Positions 18,056 through 26,677 of a stretch of DNA of 64,000 nucleotides are shown in pieces. The position numbers and the translations under genes were made by a program. This DNA is from a virus (lineage: Duplodnaviria; Heunggongvirae; Uroviricota; Caudoviricetes). The DNA lies in the IMG/VR virus record IMGVR_UViG_3300037454_000941, positions 74,063-138,062 of that record. The stretch is one strand, 5' to 3'. How positions within the stretch are numbered: position 1 is the stretch's first letter; the number at the start of each line of letters is the position of its first letter. A model generated the notes under the pieces. It searched no databases and was not told where the DNA came from. It saw only the letters and a program-made list of their open reading frames with translations.

Positions 18056-19768
18056 ATGCTTTTCAAGAAGAACAGGACTCCCGATAACCTAGCAGCCAGG
18101 CTGCTCAATTATGAACGCGAGTACGGCATGGGGAATCCCAAGGGCCAGTATTTTGACCGGGTGTTCAACCGCATAGACACCGAAAGGAAGGTCGAGGCGT
18201 CTAAACACGCGGTCGCGCAGGGAATCAACGACATGCTGTTTCCGAACGGCGCTTCGCCGGACGGGTACAGCACGTACATGCCGATGCCCGGCATTTCCGC
18301 CGAGACCGCGGACCCGGACAAGCTCCACGACGCGATTGCGCAGAAGGAATGTGACCGGTTCTGGCGAAAGAACGTGGAACGGGCGCTCAAGTACGAGACC
18401 GTGGCCGGTCGCTCGGAAGTCAATGAATCGTTAATCCAAATCTGTAACGAGGGCGCATACAAGGATGACAGGGGTGAATCGTGTTCACTCGAAATTGATC
18501 CTGATGCCAAGATAGGCGATGCGACCAAAGATATCCTTCATACCACGTTCCGTCGGAAGGTCCTTAGGGAGTTGCTGAATTTCCGGATAAACGGGTGGCA
18601 GTACATGCGCTACCTCTGCATCCACGGTCGTATATTCTTTGAAGTCGTGTTCGACGAGGAGCGCGGCAATATCCTTGGTGTGAGGATGCTGCGCGAGGAA
18701 AACATGATCATAGTGTATCACGACGACCTCATAGTGGGATTCCGGCAGATGCTTCCGGGCCCGATGGGCGTCAGTACGGGCGGCAAGAACTACAAGGACT
18801 TCTCCCCGAACCAGATACTCTATGCATCCCTCGAATCTACCGGCCCGGGCGGCATCAATGACCCGCGTTCCATTCTGGAGCCGGCAATGAAGCCGTATAA
18901 TCAGCTCAATACCATCGAAGACTCGGTGGTTATGTATCGTATCCTCTGGGGACAGGAAAAGCTCCTCATGAAGGTGGATACCGGTAACATGCCGAAGGAT
19001 AAGGCCGAAAAGTACATGAAGGACCAGGCTAAGGTATTCTCCCGCAAGTTGGATTACAACTCGCAAACGGGTGAAGTTACCAACTTCGGCAAGGCAATCG
19101 GCCTCACGGAACATTACATTGTCAGCCTGTCACAGGGTCGTACCGGCTCCACTATTGAAAGGATGCAGGGCGGAAACAACCTGCAGAATATCGATGACTT
19201 GAAATTCTTCAAGCGCAACCTGGTCAATGCGCTCATGGTTCCGCCGGGACGTATCACCGCGCTCGCCGGCGATAACCAGAACTACACCCAGGGTAAGATT
19301 GGTGAGGTCACTCAGTCCGAAGTGTCATTTGCTGCACTGGTCCAGAGGTATCAGACCCCACTCGAAGCCATTATGGTCCGCCTGTTTGTCATGGTTCTCA
19401 ACACCATGAAGAATGTGGATGATTCCATAAAGACCGAGGTCAACTTCTCCGTCAGGTTCAAGCGTTCGAATGGGTTCCAAAACTTCATTGAGAGCGAAAT
19501 CTGGAATACCAGGCTCGCGACGTTCGACCTCATGGCCAAGCATTGCCGTTCGAAGGAAAACCCGATGGGCATGCTGCCGCGCAAGTTTGCCTTGTTGAAG
19601 GGGCTCAGGATATCCGATGAGGACTACAATGAAATACGCAAGTGGCTCAAGGAAGAGAAGAATGACGAGCTGTATGGTGAGGTCAGTGCCGGCGCAGGGG
19701 GTGCTGGCGGTGGCTCGGGCGGAGGATCGGGAGGTGGCGACTCCGGTGGCCTCGGCGGCCTAATGTAA
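18056..19768 (+). CDS. gp20: Portal protein (T4 gp20-like)
   Basis: SILEPAMKPYNQLNTIEDSVVMYRI...VDTGNMPKDKAEKYM...DYNSQTGEV matches the gp20 signature; Gly-rich C-terminal tail. Confidence 0.93.
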   Translation: MLFKKNRTPDNLAARLLNYEREYGMGNPKGQYFDRVFNRIDTERKVEASKHAVAQGINDMLFPNGASPDGYSTYMPMPGISAETADPDKLHDAIAQKECDRFWRKNVERALKYETVAGRSEVNESLIQICNEGAYKDDRGESCSLEIDPDAKIGDATKDILHTTFRRKVLRELLNFRINGWQYMRYLCIHGRIFFEVVFDEERGNILGVRMLREENMIIVYHDDLIVGFRQMLPGPMGVSTGGKNYKDFSPNQILYASLESTGPGGINDPRSILEPAMKPYNQLNTIEDSVVMYRILWGQEKLLMKVDTGNMPKDKAEKYMKDQAKVFSRKLDYNSQTGEVTNFGKAIGLTEHYIVSLSQGRTGSTIERMQGGNNLQNIDDLKFFKRNLVNALMVPPGRITALAGDNQNYTQGKIGEVTQSEVSFAALVQRYQTPLEAIMVRLFVMVLNTMKNVDDSIKTEVNFSVRFKRSNGFQNFIESEIWNTRLATFDLMAKHCRSKENPMGMLPRKFALLKGLRISDEDYNEIRKWLKEEKNDELYGEVSAGAGGAGGGSGGGSGGGDSGGLGGLM

Positions 19769-19780
19769 CCGAAATATCGT

Positions 19781-19809
19781 AAAAAATCCCGGATTTCCCG
19801 GGATTTTTT
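19781..19809 (+). terminator. Terminator hairpin between portal and MCP
   Basis: AAAAAATCCCGG-ATTTC-CCGGGATTTTTT. Confidence 0.7.
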
Positions 19810-19960
19810 CTGTTTTTTCAAGTTCAGTGCACATTTTTGCATGGTTTTTGGGGCGGGATGTTGAAACATCTAAGCATTATGTCAGAAATCGTTCGGTAGT
19901 GCTTCCGGTCCGGGGCACACTTGCCCGGACGGATCAAACACTGAACAAAAGGTAACAAAA

Positions 19961-21445
19961 ATGCAGGTTATCCAGAACAAGTCCAATACACGTAAGTGGA
20001 AGGCCGTGCTCGAATCCAATTTGGGTCGTCCGCTCCGCAACCGTGGGGAAGCGTCTGCGATTGCAGTGCTTCTTGAAAACCAGAACTTGGTCAACCGTGG
20101 TGCCAAGTTCGAGTCGGCCAACATCACTGCCGATGTGGCCCAGTATCAACAGTATGCCTTGCCGCTCATCCGCCGTCAGTTCCCTGAACTCCTGGCAATG
20201 AACACCGTGGCCGTCATCCCGACAACTACGCCGCAGGGTATCTATTTCGCGCTCCGTTACCTCTACGATAACGAGCCGTTGAAGAGCACGCCGTTCCGTT
20301 ATGGCCAGAAGCAGGAAATCGGTTACGATTTGATTGCTGACCACACCGGTTTCGCAACAACCTTCAACCCGTACAGCACGGGCGCAGGTGAAATGCTCTC
20401 CAATTACTCCGAAGGTACGCAGGAACGCACCGGTAAGGCTTACCCGTTCGACCAGAACTATGGCCAGCTTTACAACAACTTCGGTGGTCTCACCAACGAT
20501 GGTGACGACAGTCTCGGTGGCTACGCCTACAACATCAAGAAGGCCAGTATCAAGGTGATCTCCGGCGCCATCCGCGTTGGTACCCGTGCTATCAAGAGCC
20601 ATTACACGCTGGAACTCCAGCAGGATATGGCTGCTGCACACGGCCAGGACGTTGAGGCCTTGCTCCTCGAAGGTCTCCAGTTCGAAATCCAGCAGAACAT
20701 CGACCGTGAAATCCTCATGGCCATGATCATGGTGGCTCAGAACGAACGCCTCGGTGGTGAAAAGGTTATCACCGTTGACCTTGCCAACACGACTTCCGGT
20801 CCTGCAAAGGGTCGCTGGTCCGCTGAAAGCATTGCTTCCGGCATCGTGAACACGATCATCGCGGTGAGCCGCAAGATTGCCCTCACGACCCGTATGGGCT
20901 CCGGTAACTTCGCTATCGTCTCTCCGGACGTTGGCGCCGCTATCGCCACTCTCAACAACGGTATCTACATCCCGAACGGCTACCTTGGCACTGACGCCAC
21001 GATGCAGCCTGCTGGTGGTGTGGCTGACGCCGGTTCTCTCCTCAACGGTCAGATCAAGCTGTACCAGGATATCTATGCCAACGCTTCCTATGCCCTCGTG
21101 GGCTTCAAGGGACCGCGCCAGGGCGAAAGCGGCATCATCTTCATGCCGTACATCCCGTACATCTTCACGAAGACCGCTGGTCAGGAAGATGGTAGCCCGC
21201 GTCTGATTGTCAAGAGCCGCTACGCTATCGTGGCTAACCTCTTGGGCGCCGGTCAGTTCTACCGCATCATCCAGTTCAAGAACGTGAACAACGTGATTGC
21301 CGGTATCGATCTGAACGAGGCTCCGTGGGAATCCAATGGTTCCTTCACGGGCGACAACCTCGAACCGGGTCTGACCTATCATGACACCTCCAGCGAGCTC
21401 TACAACGCTGCCGGTGGCTTGACTTTCGAAGACAAGAAGTGGTAA
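19961..21445 (+). CDS. gp23: Major capsid protein (T4 gp23-like)
   Basis: KWKAVLES, LLENQ, LPLIRRQFP, RAIKSHYTLELQQDM, EIQQNIDREI, FMPYIP, KSRY; strongly biased high-expression codon usage. Confidence 0.95.
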   Translation: MQVIQNKSNTRKWKAVLESNLGRPLRNRGEASAIAVLLENQNLVNRGAKFESANITADVAQYQQYALPLIRRQFPELLAMNTVAVIPTTTPQGIYFALRYLYDNEPLKSTPFRYGQKQEIGYDLIADHTGFATTFNPYSTGAGEMLSNYSEGTQERTGKAYPFDQNYGQLYNNFGGLTNDGDDSLGGYAYNIKKASIKVISGAIRVGTRAIKSHYTLELQQDMAAAHGQDVEALLLEGLQFEIQQNIDREILMAMIMVAQNERLGGEKVITVDLANTTSGPAKGRWSAESIASGIVNTIIAVSRKIALTTRMGSGNFAIVSPDVGAAIATLNNGIYIPNGYLGTDATMQPAGGVADAGSLLNGQIKLYQDIYANASYALVGFKGPRQGESGIIFMPYIPYIFTKTAGQEDGSPRLIVKSRYAIVANLLGAGQFYRIIQFKNVNNVIAGIDLNEAPWESNGSFTGDNLEPGLTYHDTSSELYNAAGGLTFEDKKW

Positions 21446-21482
21446 TTGTTACCTAACTTGTCCAGAAAGAGGCACAGGAACT

Positions 21483-21514
21483 AATGGGAGCGACCGAAAG
21501 GTCGCTCTCATTTT
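21483..21514 (+). terminator. Strong terminator after MCP
   Basis: AATGGGAGCGACC-GAAA-GGTCGCTCTCATT followed by TTTT. Confidence 0.85.
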
Positions 21515-21588
21515 CTTATAGGATACTCCCGATGGCTCGATAGGTGTTATAAACTGTATGTGACAGTAATTGTCCGGCGGTTAATACT

Positions 21589-22242
21589 ATGGATATGTTT
21601 GAATCACTTGAAATGATGTTGCCGGTGTGTGAAGCGTCCACCGTGGACATTGCGGCGCCAACGGGGACACTGGATGGTTCCCATTACAAGGCCTATGCCC
21701 GGTCTCCGGCTGACATGGACAGTGGCGTATTGAACGATTTGGCGAACTTGGTTGACATGGCGCACGACGCGAAGGGTGTCATTGCGGCACAGCAGGCGAC
21801 CGGACGCGAGCCCATGGCGACACCCGGCGCGTTAGATCAGCTGATGAACAGCATCCTGATAGTATATGTGACATGTGATGACGCACCGGTTGCGGTTACC
21901 AACGTGGTTGATCCATCCAACGAGGACTATCATGGGTACATCCCGCTTTCGTTCTATTCCCTGAAGAGCGGGTATGACCTCGACGGTCGGTTGCAGCAGA
22001 CGTTCTTCTCGATAGACGAGGATTTCCGCGGTACCGGGGTGGCGCGCGAGCTATTCCTTCAGTTGAACGAGAACGGTTCCCCGTGTTTCATCGTAGTTGA
22101 TCCGACGGATGCGCCCACGGTGAGGAACGTGCAGGAGAGCGGTTATGCGAAAGTCGGAAGCATGGAGATAGATGGGTCGGGGAACGAGATGGAACTGTGG
22201 GTCTCGCCGGCAAAGGAGAAGGTGACAGATGCCGACAGGTAA
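21589..22242 (+). CDS. GNAT-fold acetyltransferase-like protein (late)
   Basis: C-terminal FSIDEDFRGTGVARELF matches the acetyl-CoA-binding R/QxxGxA motif; TATAAACT at 21548-21555. Confidence 0.6.
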   Translation: MDMFESLEMMLPVCEASTVDIAAPTGTLDGSHYKAYARSPADMDSGVLNDLANLVDMAHDAKGVIAAQQATGREPMATPGALDQLMNSILIVYVTCDDAPVAVTNVVDPSNEDYHGYIPLSFYSLKSGYDLDGRLQQTFFSIDEDFRGTGVARELFLQLNENGSPCFIVVDPTDAPTVRNVQESGYAKVGSMEIDGSGNEMELWVSPAKEKVTDADR

Positions 22243-23035
22243 GAAGGTGAACTGCGTGTCGTTCACTGTGGACCAGCGCAGGAACACGGACAGTAATTTG
22301 AACTGGGGTACATCCGAACGGATACAGGCTCGTGATAATATCGGGCTTGACGAAGTGCGTGGCGCAGCAAACGGATTGTGCCCATTGGATGAGAATGGGA
22401 AAGTGCCCTCCACAAACATCAACTTTCCTTCTACACCGAAAGGTTTTAGTAAAATTCGATACGGCGAGGGTACCTCTGATGTCATTGATGCGCAGATGTC
22501 GGAGTCGGAACTCAGGGTTGCGCCTGGGGACGGTCTCCGGGCAACCGACACATCCACCGTTTCCAAGCCTCGGCAACTTACGCTAGAACACTCGATGCGC
22601 AATGATGCCACGATTGCGCCATATATGCAGAACGATGCGCTGTTGGTCAGTGATATAAAGAATCATTGTATCAACCACGTGTTGATCAACGATACGACAG
22701 TCCCTAATCCAATTTCGGTGATACACATCTCGCTTCCGGACATCGACACGACATCCGATGAGTACGAGTTTTCCGTAGTGTTTGACTCGGAAGTAGATTG
22801 GTCCCAGCGTGGCATTAATACAGTTCGCCTGGGGGTGTGGGAGGTAAGCCCGGAAGTCGTGGATGATCCGCCGGACAATAATTATCAACCGGGTACCGGG
22901 ACACACACGGTAATGGTTATGAACACGACGGATAGGTATCAGGTTAAGGTGCACGGGGGATGCTGGACGTTATCCCATTATATAATTCCCGCACCGATTC
23001 AGCCCCCGCAGCAGCAACAGCCACCAACACAGTAA
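22229..23035 (+). CDS. Putative fibre/decoration structural protein
   Basis: ERIQARDNIG and GAANGLCPLDENGKVP motifs typical of phage fibre proteins; beta-rich C-terminal half. Confidence 0.55.
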   Translation: MPTGKKVNCVSFTVDQRRNTDSNLNWGTSERIQARDNIGLDEVRGAANGLCPLDENGKVPSTNINFPSTPKGFSKIRYGEGTSDVIDAQMSESELRVAPGDGLRATDTSTVSKPRQLTLEHSMRNDATIAPYMQNDALLVSDIKNHCINHVLINDTTVPNPISVIHISLPDIDTTSDEYEFSVVFDSEVDWSQRGINTVRLGVWEVSPEVVDDPPDNNYQPGTGTHTVMVMNTTDRYQVKVHGGCWTLSHYIIPAPIQPPQQQQPPTQ

Positions 23036-23065
23036 ACGTAGCGGGTCTCAATGCAATCGAACAAG

Positions 23066-23097
23066 GGGGAATGTGTGGATCACATTCCCCATTTTTT
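23066..23097 (+). terminator. Rho-independent terminator
   Basis: GGGGAATGTG-TGGAT-CACATTCCCC followed by ATTTTTT. Confidence 0.8.
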
Positions 23098-23217
23098 AAG
23101 CAGTCGCATGAGTAGTATGTATCCTCCCCGGAGGAGCAGGGCCACGACTATCATGACAATTGACACGCCGATCATGGTCGGCGCGGCTTCGATTTGCATA
23201 TAAATCAACTGGTTCAT
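23080..23217 (-). CDS. Small single-pass membrane protein (45 aa)
   Basis: MNQLIYMQIEAAPTMIGVSIVMIVVALLLRGGYILLMRLLKKWGM; AAAGG just upstream; below the ORF-track cutoff. Confidence 0.4.
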   Translation of the reverse strand: MNQLIYMQIEAAPTMIGVSIVMIVVALLLRGGYILLMRLLKKWGM

Positions 23218-23258
23218 GCCTTTAAACTAGTTTAAAGGTGGAATAACCGGGAGACTGA

Positions 23259-23606
23259 ATGGAATACCAGGCCAGGGACATAAAGGGTTCGCTGATACTG
23301 ACGCCGCTACAGGCGGAATTCATGGACATCCTTCTCCATGCGATGAAGTCGAAGGAGTGTAAGCATGTCCGCGATGCGGGCATGATGATCAAGCCCGGCC
23401 CGGGCAATGAGTATTCGGATTTTGTGGTGACCGTGAAGTGCTCACAAGACCGACGGACGTGCGAAGTCTACCGTAATCGTACGGGCACAATGATATTCGC
23501 AATGTTGAATGGCAGGGTTATTGCCGCCGACTACGAGATAGAATTTGTAGTTGAACACATGAAGCGCAAGTTTAGCGTTTCAGGAACGCCTTCAAATCAT
23601 CCTTGA
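23259..23606 (+). CDS. Hypothetical protein
   Basis: 115-aa ORF with SD GGGAG. Confidence 0.6.
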   Translation: MEYQARDIKGSLILTPLQAEFMDILLHAMKSKECKHVRDAGMMIKPGPGNEYSDFVVTVKCSQDRRTCEVYRNRTGTMIFAMLNGRVIAADYEIEFVVEHMKRKFSVSGTPSNHP

Positions 23607-24435
23607 CGCTCTCGAAGTAATTCTCCCAGATTTCAATGACTCGGTTTATTGTCTTGTCGTCGGTCTTATCCATTTTGATCTTCTTGTCGTTGAACGGCGA
23701 CACGCGGAACACGTTGGATTCCCCGATGTTGGCACACGCCTCGTAGTAGTTGGAATTTCCCGTGCGGGCGACCCATTCGTCGAGGATGTATTCGAGCCAC
23801 CCTATCTTGCTCATGTTACCGCAGGCCGTATTCGGGGTGTCCATGCCGGTGTTGAACGACAGGATCTTGTAGTTGGAGTTTCCCGACTTGGTGAGCCCAG
23901 ACTGCAAAGTCTCTATCGGGTCGTTGGCCCACATCCCGCCATCGCAGAAGCTCTTGCCGTCACGCACTATCACGTCGAAGTATGTGGGGGCGGAGCAACT
24001 GGTGAGAACGGCGAACCATTTTTCCGTCTTTTTGTCCCCCAGGTCCCATACCTTCTCGACTGATTTCCCGTTCATGAAGGTGGTCGGTATGTAGATGGGC
24101 TTTTTCCAGTCACCGACATTGCCCTTGAACGTTTCCTGGAGCATGCGTTTGAGGTTTTCGTGATCGTACGTGGGGAGCTTTCGGTCGAGCACCTTGTACC
24201 AGGGGTACTTTTTGAACATGTTTTTGAGGTTGTCCTTATACATGCTGAAAATTTCATGGGCCTGCATGCCTTCGGCGAGGCCGGCGGCGATTATGGAGCC
24301 GGTGGATGTGCCCGCGTAGGCGAAGCTGATGTCCGCCACCTTTTTTCCCAGTTCCTGTTCCATTCTCTGCATGAATGCGAGGGGGCCGATACCCAGTGCC
24401 CCGCCCCCTGAGATGCTAATTGCCAACTTCTTCAT
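23572..24435 (-). CDS. Patatin-like phospholipase
   Basis: Oxyanion motif SGGGALG, nucleophile elbow GTSTG, catalytic DGG (DGGMWAND). Start ATG at 24435 behind SD AGGCAGG. Confidence 0.9.
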   Translation of the reverse strand: MKKLAISISGGGALGIGPLAFMQRMEQELGKKVADISFAYAGTSTGSIIAAGLAEGMQAHEIFSMYKDNLKNMFKKYPWYKVLDRKLPTYDHENLKRMLQETFKGNVGDWKKPIYIPTTFMNGKSVEKVWDLGDKKTEKWFAVLTSCSAPTYFDVIVRDGKSFCDGGMWANDPIETLQSGLTKSGNSNYKILSFNTGMDTPNTACGNMSKIGWLEYILDEWVARTGNSNYYEACANIGESNVFRVSPFNDKKIKMDKTDDKTINRVIEIWENYFESVKDDLKAFLKR

Positions 24436-24497
24436 CGTTAAACCTGCCTTTTTAGGCAAGTTTATGAATTTTCATGTAATTTTTTGTTATTTTTCTG

Positions 24498-24526
24498 TTG
24501 ACAAACTGTTGATAAGTGTGTATATT
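24498..24526 (+). promoter_or_regulatory. Sigma70-type promoter for the phage sigma gene
   Basis: TTGACA (24498-24503), 17-nt spacer, TG-preceded TATATT (24521-24526). Confidence 0.8.
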
Positions 24527-24557
24527 TAGTGTTGATAAGTAATATGAGGGGTATACA

Positions 24558-25355
24558 TTGCCTGTAATGACGAGTGATTCGGGGGTGGCTGAGCTCATCA
24601 CCGAAATATCTAGGTACAAGATCATTGGACACAAGGCGGAGACTGCCTGTTTCAAGCTGTACCACACCCATCCCGACCCGAAAATACGGGAGGGCGCAAA
24701 GCTGAAAATCATCGAGTCGAACCTGAGGTTCGTGTTTCAGTTTGCGATGGACTACCATAATTTGACGGGGCTCCCGACTACGGACTTCTATGCGGAGGGG
24801 AAGCTGGGTCTGCTGGAAGCCTTTTACAAGTATGACTACCGAACGGGCGTAAAGTTCGATTCGTTCGCCATCTGGGAGGTGCGGCGCCACATGGCGATGA
24901 TTGTCCAGGGAAGAGACCTGGTCCACGTGCCGGTGAGACAGCGCAAGCGTGTACTGAAAGCGCTCCGCGAAGGTAAGCCACTGGACATGAAGTACGGCGA
25001 GGAAGCTGCTAACGCCATTGCCGGCCCGGATTCACTTGACATGCCGGTGGGGGAGGATGGCGAGACTTCGACGTTCATGCTCCATGATATCATACCAGAC
25101 AATGATGCCGAGTCTGGTCCGGACTCGGGCACCATGATGGAGGACTTGCGCGCCTGTCTGGAAGACGAGATGAACCGTGTCCTAGATCCGGTGGAGACAA
25201 AGTTGTTGCGCTCTCTTTACGGCATTGACGGAGAAGGGAGTAGTTTTGAACGTGAGGCGGTGGAGACTGGGCTATCAAAGGACTATATTCGCAAGCTGAA
25301 AAACCAGGCATTGGAAAAGCTACGTGATAGTAAGCGGCTCAACTCACTGCGATAA
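24558..25355 (+). CDS. Sigma70-family RNA polymerase sigma factor (regions 2-4)
   Basis: IIESNLRFVFQFAMDY, EGKLGLLEAFYKYD...KFDSFAIWEVR (region 2), SLDMPVGEDG (region 3), C-terminal HTH IRKLKNQALEKLR (region 4); TTG start with SD GAGGGG. Confidence 0.9.
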   Translation: MPVMTSDSGVAELITEISRYKIIGHKAETACFKLYHTHPDPKIREGAKLKIIESNLRFVFQFAMDYHNLTGLPTTDFYAEGKLGLLEAFYKYDYRTGVKFDSFAIWEVRRHMAMIVQGRDLVHVPVRQRKRVLKALREGKPLDMKYGEEAANAIAGPDSLDMPVGEDGETSTFMLHDIIPDNDAESGPDSGTMMEDLRACLEDEMNRVLDPVETKLLRSLYGIDGEGSSFEREAVETGLSKDYIRKLKNQALEKLRDSKRLNSLR

Positions 25356-25375
25356 ACCAGAATGGATGACTTAAT

Positions 25376-26341
25376 GTGGGATTCTTCTCGAAGATACGTA
25401 ACTTTTTCAAATCGGCACCCGCGGACCGGGATGCTGGGGAGCACGACGATATGAGTATGCCGCAGAATTATTTAGATGATGGCCCTACATTGATTTACAG
25501 CGACGAACCGAACATGTCGGACATGGTGACCGACCAGACCGGGAGGGTGAGGTACAACGCATCGTCGGTGGCCAGGGCATCGAACGCCATGATAGCCAAT
25601 ATTAACCAGACGCACCTTGTTCCGGGACAGGTAGTCCAGCGTCCGAGGCAGAGGCCGGTTCAGCGCCCGGTACAACAGCCGGTGCAGCAACCGGTACAGC
25701 AGCCGGCGCAGCAGCCTGCCCCCGTAGCTCCGGAACAGGAAACCGTGGTTATCCAGCCGCCCCCGCCCCCACAGCCGCAGCAGGTGTACCAGCAGCCAGT
25801 ATATCAGCAGCCGGTCTACCAGCAGCCAGGGTACCAGCAACCATATGGATATCAGCAACAGCCGCCGGCCTATGGGTTCCGGCAGCCCCCACAACAGCCG
25901 CAGCCGGGCGATGACATCAAGTTGGTCGAGGGGGAACAGGTGGCGCTTGCGCCGAACTTCCCCAACTACGAGATGATCCAGGTGAACGATACGTACCACC
26001 TGTACATTGACCTGCCGGGTGTCAAGAAAGAGGACCTTAGCATGAATTTCTCGGGGGGAAGCCTGTATGTCCGCGGACATAGGGATTTGATGTGCGAGCA
26101 ATTTCGACCGAAGGGTGGTAAAGGAAAAGGCAAGGGAAATAAAGGCAAGCGTCCGGTCTATCTGGCCCTGGTGGGCGTGGGGCGGCATTTGCTCGGTGAT
26201 TTCAGTTTCCCATTCTATTTCCCGAAGCCGGTGGACACATCGCCCAAGTCGTTTAAGGCGAACCTCACGGATGGAATACTCCATGTCGAGATGAAGATTG
26301 CCGGTGCCGACACGGGCATCTCGATTGGCATCGGAGGATAG
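25376..26341 (+). CDS. Small heat-shock protein (Hsp20/alpha-crystallin domain) with long Q/P/Y-rich N-terminal extension
   Basis: YHLYIDLPGVKKEDL...LYVRGHR...F.FP.PVD...KANLTDGILHVEM; PVQQ and VYQQP repeats upstream. Confidence 0.85.
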   Translation: MGFFSKIRNFFKSAPADRDAGEHDDMSMPQNYLDDGPTLIYSDEPNMSDMVTDQTGRVRYNASSVARASNAMIANINQTHLVPGQVVQRPRQRPVQRPVQQPVQQPVQQPAQQPAPVAPEQETVVIQPPPPPQPQQVYQQPVYQQPVYQQPGYQQPYGYQQQPPAYGFRQPPQQPQPGDDIKLVEGEQVALAPNFPNYEMIQVNDTYHLYIDLPGVKKEDLSMNFSGGSLYVRGHRDLMCEQFRPKGGKGKGKGNKGKRPVYLALVGVGRHLLGDFSFPFYFPKPVDTSPKSFKANLTDGILHVEMKIAGADTGISIGIGG

Positions 26342-26344
26342 CCC

Positions 26345-26677
26345 ATGGTGAAGTTCGATTTCGTGTTCACGGGTGACTTAATTCTTGTTGAGACCGTTGA
26401 CGATGCGGAATGTACGCCCGGTTCATCCAGACAGTATACCCGTTTCAATACCGAGTGTAAACCGAAGTTGATACGGTTGGCCCACGAATACGCAACCAAG
26501 TGTGCAACGAGTGGAGAACGGTTTGATAACACGGTGAAAGTCGGTCTTGTATTGCGGGACGCCCATTTTATCCTGCATGACATGGAACAGGTAATCGACG
26601 GAAAGGGAAATCCAACGAACCGGGTAAGATTCTTTCTTGATACACGTGAGGATGCAGATGAACGACCACCCATGTAA
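26345..26677 (+). CDS. Hypothetical protein
   Basis: 110-aa ORF starting 3 nt after the Hsp20 stop; SD GGAG. Confidence 0.65.
   Translation: MVKFDFVFTGDLILVETVDDAECTPGSSRQYTRFNTECKPKLIRLAHEYATKCATSGERFDNTVKVGLVLRDAHFILHDMEQVIDGKGNPTNRVRFFLDTREDADERPPM

Noticed and set aside
19680-19765. GGC/GGT-rich run at the end of the portal gene as a repeat element
   Set aside because: It is a simple Gly-rich coding tail with no regular repeat unit.
13122-21382. Long antisense ORFs (13122-14468, 19934-21382; likewise 34037-35377, 57670-58863, 59149-60252)
   Set aside because: They are shadows of codon-biased sense genes, with no SD, promoter or recognisable motif.
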